Source: Spirogloea muscicola
Taxonomy: Eukaryota
Direction of reading: 5' to 3'
NCBI GenBank assembly: GCA_009602725.1
Contig: WELB01000026.1
Coordinates: forward strand, 472,530 to 536,529
DNA length: 64,000 bases
Shown: piece by piece, positions 38,886 through 51,754 of the stretch
Position numbering within the stretch: the stretch's first letter is position 1
Layout: each line of letters opens with the position of its first letter
Translations under genes and position numbers: made by a program
Notes under the pieces: model-generated
Seen by the model: only the letters and a program-made list of their open reading frames with translations
Told to the model about the DNA's origin: nothing
Database searches by the model: none

Positions 38886-39640
38886 TGCACTTGAGGTCTG
38901 AGTACTCGAGCCACTTGAGCTCAGTGAGTTTGATTCGCAATTGACGCTCTTGCTTCGCTAAGCGCCACTTCAGCCCATGCTTTCGAGGCTGGCCTCTTTC
39001 GACAACCGTCCCCTTGGGAAAAGCGCCATGCTCTTACTGCTCCAATCTCCTTTGCTGGCGCATTCCTGCCCATCACTCCATGTGTGATCTTTTGGTCAGG
39101 CTGCTCACAGCAATCGCCCCTGTTGGAATTCGCTGTTGTGTATATCCACTTGTCTACTAAGTTGACGCTCTCAGGCTGGCTCTCCATAGCATTGCTTGCA
39201 GCTATGATGCACAATTGCCTCATTGTCTGGTCGCCAATGCTCAGTGAGCTATGTCAGGCTCGTCACCCTAACCCATTCTCTCCACATTCCTCCTGGGCTG
39301 CCCGCTCACCACACTCTGAACGACCCTCGCATGCCCCACCGTGGAGCTTGTCTTCTCCTCTGTGTATGCGGGTCTGTGGTAAAGAAAGGTTGTCACTCCT
39401 GGGACATTGTAAGCTTCCTTACTTTTGATCTCGCAGTAGGAGCCCAAACAGCGCAAACAGGGCAGCATCCAACGGGCACCTCTAGCGCAGCAGCAACTGC
39501 GATAATCCCGTAGTGGGATTCAAAAGTACATGGCAATGGTCCTCGACACAATCTGTTCATGGGGAGAATCAGAGGAGGTGACTCTACAAAAATATGGCAG
39601 GTTGATGAGAGGCTCAAGTCCCAACCCTGCAAAAATACCG

Positions 39641-42600
39641 TCATGTTGAGGCCATAACTACTGGATCTGGCTTGGGCTGCTTGCCAAGACGGCGAATCTT
39701 CAGGCTGGCGTCATAGCAGATGCAACCTGGGTAAGGGTTCGCAAAGAAGCTCTCTTCTAGCTTCGGGTTGGTACCTGCAAGTCGGTGCCGCGGTGCGCCG
39801 TCCCGCTTCTTGTGCAGTTTCTGAACATAGCGGCGGAAATGTTCCCAGGTAATTATGCCCGCCTCCATCTCATCAACCAACTTTACCAGCCCCTGCCTGC
39901 ATGAACGACCAAGTAAGCATCACAAGAGTCATGATCATACTGAGGGTGATTCAGGGAAGTGTTCCAAAAACCACACTTATACAAAAGACCCACCTATCAG
40001 GAATGATTGTCTTGCGGTGGCCCTCAAAGCGCCGGTGGCCCTGCACGGCCTTGGCCATATTGCCCTCGTATGTGTAGACAAAAACATCACTCTCCAGGGC
40101 CACACTGTAATCCACTGCAGCCATGCGGTTCTGGTAAGGGCGCAATGGAGCCAGCTCGGCCTCTGTAGCCAGTGTCTCGTGTATGAAAGTGTTGGGGAAC
40201 CTCGACTGGAAAGCCTGCAGGAGGAAAGGAGGAAGGAGTAGGAGATATGGGAGCTTGACTTACAAGAAGGAAAAGGTAAGTCAGGTGAAGGGGAAGGGTG
40301 AGGCAACATGGACAAACCACCAGAAACGACTTAGCTGGTGTCTAGCCATGAGATTGGCCAACAGACATTTTGGTTGGATGAAGGCAGCAGTCACGGGGCT
40401 TGCCTCCAGGCTACCGTGTCCGAAGATCTCCCCGGCTGCTATGTACACTGTGGTGGTGTTGGGAAACCCCAGCGCCTCCAGGAGCTTGGCGGTCTCGTAT
40501 GGCGTCAGCGGGCACTCACCAGCAGCGCGCTTCACCTTCGGGTCAATGTCTTTCTCCTTCCACCTGCCACTCAATTGGTGTCAAGGGGTGAATTCATAAG
40601 CATCTAAAGTACAACAATGGTTTAAGATGCCCAGCTAATGAATCATGATGAAGTAGAGAAGGCGCGAGGTGCGCATGACATGAAAGGGAGGCCAGATCAA
40701 GCCAATACACTGTGCAGGCAAAAGCTAGTGCTAAAGAGAGTGCATAAGCTAGTGATGAAAGCAGACTTTCCATCAAGAGAGGCATATTCACACCTATCAT
40801 TCTCGACCCTCATCACTCTCAGTTCCTCCGCTTCCCGATCTGAAAGACCATGGGTGCAGCCGGTGAAGGCCAGCATATCCTTCTCGTACCTGGTAGTTCA
40901 GTGCTCCAGGATTGCAGTTAGCACTTGAAAGAGGGATGAAGGTTGCCAGGATGCCACACAGTGACCATAGATAACAATCCTGCAATGAGTAGGCACAATC
41001 AAGACTGACCGGAGGTGGAGCCCAATGTAAGGCCCGTGCTGTTTGAGTCGTTGGACGAGCGCCTCAGCAACTGCCTCAATCTCCGCCGTGTACTTCAGCG
41101 CCCGGTAGTTGGCGCGGCAACGGAGCTTCTGGATCTGGTCGGGCAGGTGATTGTTGGCCAGGCGCCCATCAGTGAGTTGGAAGTGGATGACTTGGTGCCG
41201 CTTCATGAGCTTCAGCATTTCGCCCTTGTAGTAAGAACCCTGGCCACAGAACCAGGTTGAGAGAGTGTGATATTGTAATCCAGGCAACTGCAATCTCAAT
41301 AAAATTAAGACAGTGAACCAATTCTACAGGTCATGTCCTGCCGATGCAAACGCATATTTAATGTCCTATAAGCATGTATGTGAGTCCACATTGCCTGTTG
41401 CTATGACACTTGGCACTTAATATCACTGCCTCTAGGCGGAGGTGTCACCTTGGACCAAGACACGGGCTGTTTCTCGACTGGCTTGACATCCAGCTCGGGC
41501 GGCAGCGCGCTGACAACCGTGACGTCATCCTTCAAGACCTCCATAAAGTGGTCGATATCAAAGATGTCCTCGAACACACTGCAAGCAAACTTTTGCACAG
41601 CATGATGCTCATTGAAAGGGGGCTGCACACCTCAAGCAAAGCGCGAGAGAGGAAGCGGTGCATCTAAAAGGGAACAACACTAATATGCTCACCTTGGGTC
41701 ACTCCAAAAGGATGTGTGGTCAAGAAGCGGCAGCACCAGCGTTGCATTCATGAGGCGGGCCACAGCGACCATGTCACAGATCTGCGAGCGTGCTCCAGCC
41801 AATAAGCCATTGATCCTATTCCCAATGCATCGCAACTCTTCAGTGTCTGCTCATGGAATCAGTCAGCATGTGAGCTACACACTGTGGAGTGTAAGAGAGA
41901 CTCACGGCAGCACGCATTTGGTTGAGGCCGCCGTTGGCGGTGACCATCAAATATCCACTGGTTGTATCAGGATTGGGCACTGCAACCACAGCAAAGCACA
42001 AAGCAGATGACTCAGGTCTGAATTGCTCCAAGGTCTCCACCAAGCCTGAGTAGGGGGCCTCTGCTGGTAGCGCTACGCTTGGAAGCATGACAGAGCACAA
42101 TAGAACTGATTACCTGACTTTTGCAAGCACTCAGCACTGACTTCACTCAGATGGTCGTGTGAGCCCAAGCATGACAGACACGGGACCACCTTCACTCATA
42201 GATGACCGTCTCCTGCATCTCAGTGGTACTGTGATAGATGGTGGAGTCTACAATACATGACCAAAGGCCCCAGCTGGCAGCAGCTCACCTGCGGAGCCCT
42301 TTGCCAGCTCGATGCACTGACGGTAGCTCGCTGCTTTGGGCGACTTGGCCCAAAGCGTGGCCTCCACAGCAGACTGCTACAAGGAGCCGGAGGAGCGACA
42401 CAGTGAGAATTTTGTCGACAATCTGGCCTGCAACCGGCAATTCATCTATGTATTGCAAGATGGTAATGTATCAATTCAATCAGGACTTCAGCTGGCCTGG
42501 ATTGTGACAAGTAGAGATAGAATGACCATCTGCCTTGAATATTCAAGGCAAGCTTGCTGTTAAGGCTTGCATGTACGCCGATAGGGCTGGCACACGTCAT

Positions 42601-43410
42601 GCACGTAATCTGTTGCTTGACATGAGCCTCTGCAGCTGATTTGTATGCTCGGTGCTCCACGATACCTGGGCTCGCAGCGAGAGGGCGGCCCGCTTGACCA
42701 GACCCAGCTGCTCGTCCACAGGCCTCAAGACATGCGGCCCGCCGTCTTCCGGTCGGCCATGGCGATATCCGCCTCTGAAGGAGCTATACGCCTGGCATTC
42801 GAGACCCAAGCAAGCGAGCCAATCTCAGCCGCTCTGCAGCTGCATGCTTCTAATGTAGCTGCAGACTGTGCAGCTTGTGATGCAGCTGATTGTGCACCCA
42901 CAAGAGAACGCCGCCAAGCGCCACTTCAGAAGGCAAAGCTTGTCGACTGCGTCACCCATCAAGCGATGCCTGCAGCAAGAGGAGCGGCAATCACAGACCT
43001 TGGCGTCGGAGCTGGCCCACGCCACCAGGCCGAATGTGACCTTGGCGACGAGCAGAGCGCCCAGGAGCGCCGCGAGGCCGCAGAACGCGGCGCCCCGCAG
43101 GCTCCGCCGCTTGCCCACGAGGGCGGCCCCCGACGCGGCGGCCTGCACGGCGGCGCGCAGGAGGCCCTGCTCCCGGGCCCTGCCAGCCGCCCGCCGCGCC
43201 TGCCGCTTGAACTCGGGCGTCTCGAACATGGCGTCACCTTTGCCGGCCCGTGTCGGCGAGATCGCTGCGCCGGCGGCGCCTCCGTGGCGCGGCGATGGCG
43301 AGCTGGTGGCTCCGAGGCTGTCCAGCGCCTGCGCCGCCGGGGAGCCACTGCCGCTGCCCAAAGGATCGCCGCCGCGGCGGAGGAAGAAGAAGGTGTCGAA
43401 GGNCCGTCAT
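39641..43410 (-). CDS. Plant O-fucosyltransferase family (GT106/DUF246) glycosyltransferase; N gap just after the start
   Basis: Type II TM segment, then [35 protein letters not shown] / [10 protein letters not shown] / [20 protein letters not shown] / [19 protein letters not shown] / [33 protein letters not shown] / [14 protein letters not shown]. Confidence 0.93.
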
Positions 43411-44199
43411 CGGCCGCCCCGGTCGCCAGCGCGGCCGACGGCTCCGGCTCACGGCCGAGCCCGCGACTCCTCGGCGAGCCGCTGGAGCCGCCGAGGACGC
43501 CGCCGCCACTGCCGCCAACGGCCCGCGCTGGCCTTGGAGCTCATGGTGCTAAGTGGCGGCGCCTAGTGTGGCCCGCCGGGACCTGGCCTTGGAGGGACCG
43601 CGCCGCCAAGGTCCGCACTGAGCCAGAGCAAGAAGCCGCGGCACGTCCGCCGCCAATTCCGCCTTGCTTGTCGCTGCAGCTGGCCTCCATCCCGGGGCCA
43701 CTGCGCAACGGCGCAGGGGCCGCTGCGGGCGCCCGCGGAAGCGCAGGTCCAGGCCGGCGACGGCCAGGTGATGGCGATGGGGAAGGGACGAGGGGCTGCT
43801 GATACTAAAGGAGCGGCTGTGGAGGCCAGCCAGGTCGATCCATGGAGTGGGAGGGGGGCAGGCGAGCCGCCGCCGGGGCGGGTGCGGGGCCGGCGACCCG
43901 CGGGCAGCGGGGTCGATGGCGACCGCCGGCAGACTGTGGGAACCGACGCCTTCGGGAGCCTAATTTACCGTCGCCACATGGTGGCGGCGCCGTCAGTGGG
44001 ACGCGAGCCCGGGCCAAGGCGGCCTTCGGGGACGGAACGTGTCGGCCCAGCGGGCCGAACGGCTCTGTCGGCGCCTTCCGACGTCCTTCCTGGGACGCTC
44101 GCTCCGGGGCTTTTTGACCTTTTTGCCTCCAGCTTTCCGGCAAGGGGAATGCTTTCCGGCATCTGCGTGCCGGTTGCGCTATAGCTGCAGCTTCTGGCT

Positions 44200-45950
44200 A
44201 TAGATGGAAGATAGGTCTGCTTCCAGGAGAGGGCGGTGGCTAGGAGAGGCCAGCCCAGAAAAAAGAATGAACCAAGTCCGAAGGGGTTGTAGATAGGGGA
44301 CACCCTACCCGTTGACTTGTTCTCCGACCTGGCTGCTCAAGAGGGCATACTGACAACCCAGTGGCCACTTGGCCAGTGTACTTACCTTTGGGCTGGCCTC
44401 TCACAGCCTCTCTCAAGACTTCACTTGATCGTCCCGTAAGCCATAGTTGCCTGCTATAGAATGCGGCTATCGTCGAGTCTACAGCGCTCCCAGGCAGTCG
44501 CGATACACCAGCGTGCTGGGCGTGCATTAGGCCAGGCTAATGGCTTCCGTGGCGGTGGTCTGGCTCCTCAGCTTAGCTTGTCAAATATGTATGTGCTCAC
44601 TCGAGGATATTGGTGCCCCTCTTAGCCAAGTCATTACCCCGTTACCAGGACATTTGTAAGGCTAGAATTGGCCTCCCTGTCATTTCATGCGCACCGTGCG
44701 CCTTCGCTCTCTCCTTATCACAGCAATTGCTGTAAATTGGATGAGCTGATGCCTTTCTTTGCCAACTGGAGTCGCTGTGTGCTTTATCGCTTTTCTGGCC
44801 GCTTGAAAGTTTGTTCATTCTTTGTTGGCTGGCCAATAGTGAGCATCGCCCTCTACTGGAAGAGTCTCTCTCATTTCCGGCAGCTAGTCTTTCCGACTTG
44901 CGGCTGCTAGGTGGCCAAAGAGGTAGCTCATGTCTTTCAGCACTTTTCGGTCCTTTCGGACGTTGTCAATTACTGCGGGCTGGCTTTTCAGAGCCCTCGC
45001 CACCTTTGGCTTGGGCTTGCCAGCTGCATATCTGTCGTTCTTGCGACGTCGAGTTTCGGCCTGTTTGCAGCGTGCTCAGGCTAATGCTTTGCACCAGAAA
45101 GCTGGGCGAGCTCTAGTTGGTGGCAGAAGGGCTTCGTGTCTGCCATCTAGTAATCAGGCATCGATTTGCGACCTCTATGTTTTGACCCGTGCTTACTGAG
45201 CGGGTCAATCTGCTGCAGTTTGTGTAGGTCTATAGATGTGCTTGCCTCTGTACTTGGCCATTTGGCCTTCGTTCATTTCAAATACACGTAATTGCCTTTG
45301 GCAGAGCCACTTTCTCTTTTGCAGAATGCGGCTTTCGACTAGCTGCCGAAAAACTATCCGCCTGACGAAAGTCAGAGGCTGCAGGGAGAGCACGGCCAGC
45401 ACGCAGATGCAAGGCGTGGGCCACGGACCGCTGAAGGGAGACTGACAATGACATGCGATAGCCCTGGGCCCACGAGCCAGCGACGTTGAAGTCAGCCGGC
45501 TCACCTCGCCTCAGGAAGAGCTTACTTTCTTGCGCCGAGGTAAAGCGAGTGTCCCTTACCAACGGGTGCTTCCAAGGTCCGTGGCTCAAGCAGTGCACTT
45601 GCGGGCAGGCCGTGCCATGGCTGCTGCTTCCGGGTCTCACGGAGATGCCTCTTCTCCAGCTGCAAGTTACTTCGACTTGCGGCTGACTACTCGGGGTTAC
45701 TGAGCTCCCATTCGCTGTAGGCTCGTGCACAGCTGTCATTCTGGCGCCTTTCGGCCCTTTTGACCTTGTTCAATCTTTCTGGGCTGGCCACTCACAGCCT
45801 TCGCCCGCTTTTGAAGAGTTCATTTTTCCAACCTTAATACGCCCTTGTTTTGTTACCTTAGCCGCTCTTACTTTTGCCTTGTTGTCAATACAAACAATGT
45901 ACTGGCTTGCTTTGACCTCCCTCTCCTTTCATGCGCACCGCAGTGCCACT
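44200..45950. mobile_element. Cluster of CRE-like 3' ends (at least three families)
   Basis: ..HVLTRG-type terminus at ~44450-44710, LQRAQANALHQKAG..LYVLTRAY* at ~45015-45290, a minus-strand copy at ~45330-45510, and DLRLTTRGY* at ~45700. Confidence 0.8.
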
Positions 45951-46001
45951 TTCCCTTATGAAAGGCAGTCTTCAAAGTGGATCTGCTCAGAAAGTGCTTT
46001 A

Positions 46002-46413
46002 GGGCCATTCACACCGAGACGGACGGACGGAGGGAGGGGTACGTGTCGCGCGGTGTATGGAACGCCCGGCTACACAACCTTGTCCGCCCGGACGCGGATG
46101 CGCGCCACGGAGGCGCCACATCGGGCGCTGTCTAGGACGCCGTTTGGAGCGCGTTAAGGAGGAAACGCGCGCGTTTGCCACGAGGGCGGACGGAACGGGG
46201 CCCTCCTCCCGAGGAGGGCCCAGTTCCGTCTCCCCCCCCTTCCCCGCGTCCGCCCCTTCTGCCTGCCCGAAAAGGGACAGCTGGCACCCCCCCCCGGCGA
46301 GATTTCAAATACGGTTCTGCACGTGCAGGCGGCCTCGGCTTCCGTGGCCGCGTCCACCCCCCACCAAGGCGGACGCCAGGCGTCCGTCCGTCCGTCCTGG
46401 TGTGAAATGGCCT
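46002..46413. mobile_element. PIF/Harbinger (Tourist-like) MITE
   Basis: TIRs GGGCCATTCACACCGAGACGGACGGACGGA and TCCGTCCGTCCGTCCTGGTGTGAAATGGCCT, flanked by a TTA target-site duplication (45999-46001 and 46414-46416). No ORF. Confidence 0.85.
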
Positions 46414-46770
46414 TTAATGCCACGGCACTGGGACAGTATGCCGAGCCCCAGGCGTGAAATGTTGGTACTTTGGTGGCCCACTGGTAGCCCACTGATCCCA
46501 AGCAAGCGCGGCCAGATTAACTGGTGGCTGGGAGAGGCCAGCCCAAGAGAATGGACAAGGTCTGAAGGAGTCGGAGTGCTAAGGACTGATCGCACCCGCC
46601 GTTAGACAATGACGAGGCGGCCTGCCGTTCGACCCATGGACAAGTGGAGGTGTGCCGCCTTCGGCGACGAAAGTGGAGCTCGAGGCACGGCCTTCTGCCC
46701 CGCAGCCCCGCTCCTTGCCGCGACGGGGCGGCAGGCACCGGCAGGGAGGCGCGCGCGCGCCTAGCTCGGC

Positions 46771-49700
46771 ATGCGAGGCCTTGAAGGCAAACATTTGTGC
46801 CAGGAGGTCGACGGGGCCAGGTCTCGCCCTGGCTTGGCCGCTGGTCACAACGGCGCGTTCTCTGCTTCATGGTTCCCTCTGCCGTCGGCCAGATTGTGGC
46901 AGCTGCTCCGGCCACCACGGCTGCCTCATGGCCGACACCTGATCAGGTACGCCACTGGTAACCAGGGTGGGGTGGCATGTTCCACACTGTTTGCTAGCAT
47001 AGCGCAGCACTCTGCCAGCAAGAGGCAGAACGCTTTACCAATTTGATAGTCAATATGCAGTGCGTACTCTTACTTGCTTGAGTTTTATGGAGCCTTTAGA
47101 CTTTGTAACAAAATGCTTTGCCTTATGTGCTTCCAGAGGGAGAGTTGTCCCTCATTACTGCATTACTGTGCCAGGTGGACACCTTGGTGGGAGATGCAGC
47201 ACACATGGCCAGCTTAGATCGAAAACACGTGCGAGTAGTTGCCTCGCCGTATCGTATTTGCCCGCTCGGAGCGCACATTGATCACCAGGTTGATCATCGA
47301 CGCGCTTACTGCATAGCTCTCTGTCACTAACAATGTGCTTGCCGCCGCCACCTGTTCGAATGCCTCAAAGCTTTTGGAACGCCTCACTCACTCAGAGTGA
47401 GATCCATATGCGATCGTCATTCTCAATGATTGGTCCTTATATCCTCATCAGAAAATCCCAAGCAGCTACTGCTGCCTTTGCCAGGAAATCTCTGCTATGT
47501 GATGTTGATACTGATTGCTCCGTGTACTCTGAGGTTGCTTATTGAGGAAAGTCCTACTTATAGCTTCAGTTCTCAATGCCACCTTCGTCCTCCAATCAGG
47601 GGGGACCTGTAACAGCTTTGGCCGTCAATTGTGGTGTTCTGTTGGCTTTCACACCCTCAGCAGGCTCCCAGGTCAGGGTTTGCATGATCATGCATGCTTC
47701 TTTCATCTGGTGCCACCTGCCACCTTTAAGTAAAGGAAGGGACTTATGATCAGTGTAGCTGTCAATTGTGGCATGCTGTGGGGCTTTACAGGCTCAGAGG
47801 TCAGGTATTTGCAGTAGCTTCTGCTTGGTGTTTGCAGAATACACTATCAGCTGCAAGCATGATGCTGGAGTTCTTTGCTGACAGGTCCACTTGCGGTCGC
47901 GGCAATTTGCAGGCGACGTCAAGTTCAGGTCACTGCAAGTACCCTTCCAGATGTGTTTTGCTACGTAAGAAACAACTGATATAAGGAGGATATGACACCT
48001 CCTGCACAAGCTTGGGAGACTCTAATTACCAGTGGATGCACATTGTGCAGCATCTCTGATGATGTCAAGGCCCTCCCAGCACTGGAGGACGAGCTGTGGG
48101 GGAAGTTCGCTCGAGGTGCCACATATGCGCTTAAGAAAAGGAAGCACACCCTGACACAGGTCAAGACCTGTTCTCTGGCCCAGAGCCAGAGAGTGGTCAC
48201 CTGCGAGGCCTTGCATTGCCGCATTCACCATACCACGTGAAGCATGCACAAAGATGTTGCTGTCCAGGTTCTAGGCCAACCCTCTGGTTGTGCAGGTTGA
48301 TTGTCAACCTTACACTGATTGATCAAGCTAAGCTGTGCATGACATATGTGCAGGGTATCAGCGGAGTGCTTGAAGGTTCAGCAGCATTTGCAAGTTCAGG
48401 TCTCAGCTCGTCAGCGGCGGTGAGTTCCTCTTTGCTTTAACTGATGCCATATCCAGCCTCTATGTCCTACCATGACTTATAGATTCTGAGGTAGCTGCAA
48501 CTTCAGTCGTTAAGCGAATGCACATAGCTGACAGTCCCTTGCTATTTCGCAAGCAAGCCCCTTTGCAAGACAGATTGACAGGCCAGGCAGGTTGTTGAGT
48601 TCACTCTTGATGCGCTCTTGATTCAGGTGGGGCTGGCCTGCCTTTTGGCCCTTGAAGATGCTAATTGCTTGAGCATAAGCGCTTCTGAGAATATTGAACT
48701 CGACAGGTATTCCCAATCCAACAAGGACATTGCATCAGCTACCATTGCACCAGCTACGCCTCTGGCGCAATTTTAGCATACCTTGGTAGCTAGTCAGCCC
48801 CTGCGTAATTGTCAATCTTGGTGCTTACATGCACATCTAATACTATATTGCATGAGTTCTTTCACTATTGATGTTATGCTATCTAGCTTGGACCAAGTTA
48901 TGCTCTTCTGAATCTGAGGTTATCTTGCTGTTGAACCAACAAGATCTGTAAGATAAGGCCACAGCTTACTTGTTCATTTTCTCATCAATGAACCTGTGAA
49001 GGTTGATTGAGAATGACTTTCTGGGACTGAAGAATGGGATTCTTGACCAGTCTGCGATCATGTTATCACGGAGACATCTGTTGACTTTAATCAATTGCAG
49101 AGTAAGTTGACCACCTGCTTGCACTTTCTGCAGTATCTGTGCCACTGCATTCAGTGAGAGCGCTGCCATCTGGAAATGAGGCACAACCTCAATAAAGTCT
49201 CTGGATTTCTGTTTTGAAAAGTGGCTCTTCTCTGTGCACCGCCTACAGACCAGCTAACAAAGGTGTGGTTGTTCTTGCAGGACAGATCTCACAGACTGGT
49301 GATGCCTGGAGCTCCTTGGCATCAAATCTATGCCAAAGAGAGAGTTCTGCAAGATTGCGAGCCACCCCCTGGGTATAGTAGCTATACAGGTCCATTGGAG
49401 AATAACTTTGACCAGATGTCCAAGGACTGTCAGCCAGCAAAAATTTGTTGTACCAGCCCAGAGAATGGCGAGTGGGAGAGCTCCTACATCTTCCTTCTTG
49501 CCTTCTCAGGCCTTCAACAAGCTCTAACCAGCACTTCGGGCTACAATCAGAGGGTTGAGGACTGTCAACAAGCTGCCCAAATATTACTCGAGTATGATGA
49601 AGTCCTTTGGTAAACTCTGGTCATAACTAGCATATTTGACGCCAATCGTATGCCTTTGCAATCATGTAGTCCACAAAGCTTTACTTGGGTGTCTGTGAAA

Positions 49701-50879
49701 TTACTTGATTGCTGTACTTTTAGCGGCTTGTGGTTAGGCCTCGAGGTCTCTCTGAGTATACCTTGCCTGACTTACCTGACAATTATATGGTCCTCTCATA
49801 TAGAGCTGCAGGGAAGCAAAGCATGGATGCTCAACTCTGTCATGGTAATGCTTTCCCACTGCTGGCGCCTCGTAGTAAAATAGGCTGGGAACATCAGCCT
49901 CGCTAGACAAACACTTAATTGCCACTTAAACAGTATAGATTCTGACCTTCCACATCGCGTGCTATTTGCAGTCAGCCATGAGGAGTATAGCACATTCAAG
50001 GTGAGGGCTAAGATTTGGAGAACACCATCCGCCATCTTTGCAAAGCATAAGGGCACACGCAATGACCACTAGGCCATTCTGATGCTAAGATCGCAGGAAT
50101 GTACGCATCTCAGGATTTACTGGACGGAGGTCCTGGGCGCCGGGCTAAACATTTCTTTACTGAGGTAGCCCGTGTACATGAAGGTGCGTGGGGCAGGTAG
50201 CACACATCCTTCGGCTGTCAATGTCAATGCACAAAGGGAGGCCCATCCTTCTCTTCTCATTCATTGTCTCTCATCAGCTGCTGGACAGCTTGAATGTTCT
50301 TTCTCGATCTCAAGATCAATGTTGATGATGCTCTCTTCCACCGCGCAAGTTGTTGCTTGCAGGGGTAAAAGCTTGGGAGACAGGTGACATGAGAGCGTTT
50401 GGCTTGCTGATGTCACTATCAGGCCAGAGTTCCATCGACAATTATGAATGTGGTACCTCATGCTCAAATTGGCAGTTATGGCTAGCTGTGCTGTGGCTGT
50501 GGCTGTGGCTGCGGCTGCATAGCTGCCTTATCCTTCAGAAGATGTGACTCAATCCAAACTAATCTATTCCTATGCAGCCACAGCTTTAAAGGAAGATTCC
50601 AATGCCTTGTCAGCTTAACCTGGTCTCCCAGGCTGTGCACCCCTGGTGGACTTGCGATCAATCCTCCTCCGAGCACCCGGTGTTCTGGGAGCGCGCTTCA
50701 GTGGAGCTGGTTTCCGTGGATGCTGCATCGCCCTATGCGAACAAGACCATGCAGCAGCCTGTGCCGCCTTTGTCCAGGAGGAATATACTGCGCTACAGCC
50801 AGACCTTGTCAAGAACCTTAAGGGGCTGCCTTGCGTGGTCGCCTGCCAGTCGGCGGACGGGGCAAGGATCCTCCAATGA
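46771..50879 (+). CDS. GalAK: Galacturonokinase (GHMP kinase), multi-exon; first exon tentative
   Basis: SWPT..|VRVVASPYRICPLGAHIDHQ|GGPVTA / LWGKFARGA / SSGLSSSAA|VGLACLLALE..ENIELDR|LIENDFLGLKNGILDQSAI / LAFSGLQQALTSTSGYNQRVEDC / RAKHFFTE / SIDNYECG / APGVLGARFSGAGFRGCCIAL. Confidence 0.93.
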
Positions 50880-51754
50880 AGGCACAGCCCGAAAATGTAA
50901 TTGGACATAAGTCAAAGCGCGTCTCGGTTTACTATGCAGCAATTCGTGATGGGTGATCCCCTGGTCTGACCTCAGTGCCATTAAGTATTGTAAAGGCTAC
51001 ATTTTGCTGTTCTATCTAAGCAGGAAGGTGTTGGTGAGCAAAGTGCAAGAGATAGTGGTCCTACAGCTATGACAGCGTCCCTTTGTGTTTGTTCGCACCA
51101 AGCAGCAGACGTTTGAGGGAGGACGCTCCAGTAGCGTCCATGGCCCAATGCGGGGGAATGGCGAGGAATCAGACGACATGATTGGCATTCGTCAGAGGGC
51201 TGCTGCCTCTCAGCAGTACCTGTCACGTTTCCTCATCTTCCTCGCGCCAGCTTGCTGCCTCGAATGACAGACGAGGCAGCGGTCGCGACGGCCCTCAGCC
51301 AGGGCGAGCTCAGCTGAGTAAGGAGAGTGAGGGCAATGGGTCTCGGTCATTGCGCCCCAGCGGCGGCGGCCCCACTCGCGGCACCTTCTGGCGCAGGACA
51401 GCTGAGAGAAACCAGGCCGTCGCCGGGACGCTGAGCCCGCGCTGGGCCGCTCGCCCAAGTGGAGGCGGCGGCCACGGCGCCCACTACAGTGCTCGCATCA
51501 CAGCCACCTCCCGAAGGCCTAGGCCGCGGCCAGCAGCCTCGCAGCGACAACGGGCAGCAAGCCGGGCGCTTCGGTAATCGCGCAGCCCGCAGGGCGTCGA
51601 TCGATGGGCTCACGGCGCGCTGGGCGCGCTGGCCTGCGCGGGCAGTAATCACGGCGCCGCCGCCGGCGCGCACGCCGCGCGCGGCGCGCGGCGGCCGGGG
51701 CGACGCTCAGATAAGATCAAGTGTGACCGTCTGCGGCAGCGGTGGCTGCTAAGT

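Noticed and set aside
42645..43802. 385-aa plus-strand ORF and similar Ala/Arg/Pro-rich ORFs in GC islands
   Set aside because: Explained by stop-codon depletion in very GC-rich DNA, antisense to real first exons.
50480..50520. (CTGTGG)n tract and pyrimidine tract at 60720-60950
   Set aside because: Ordinary simple repeats.
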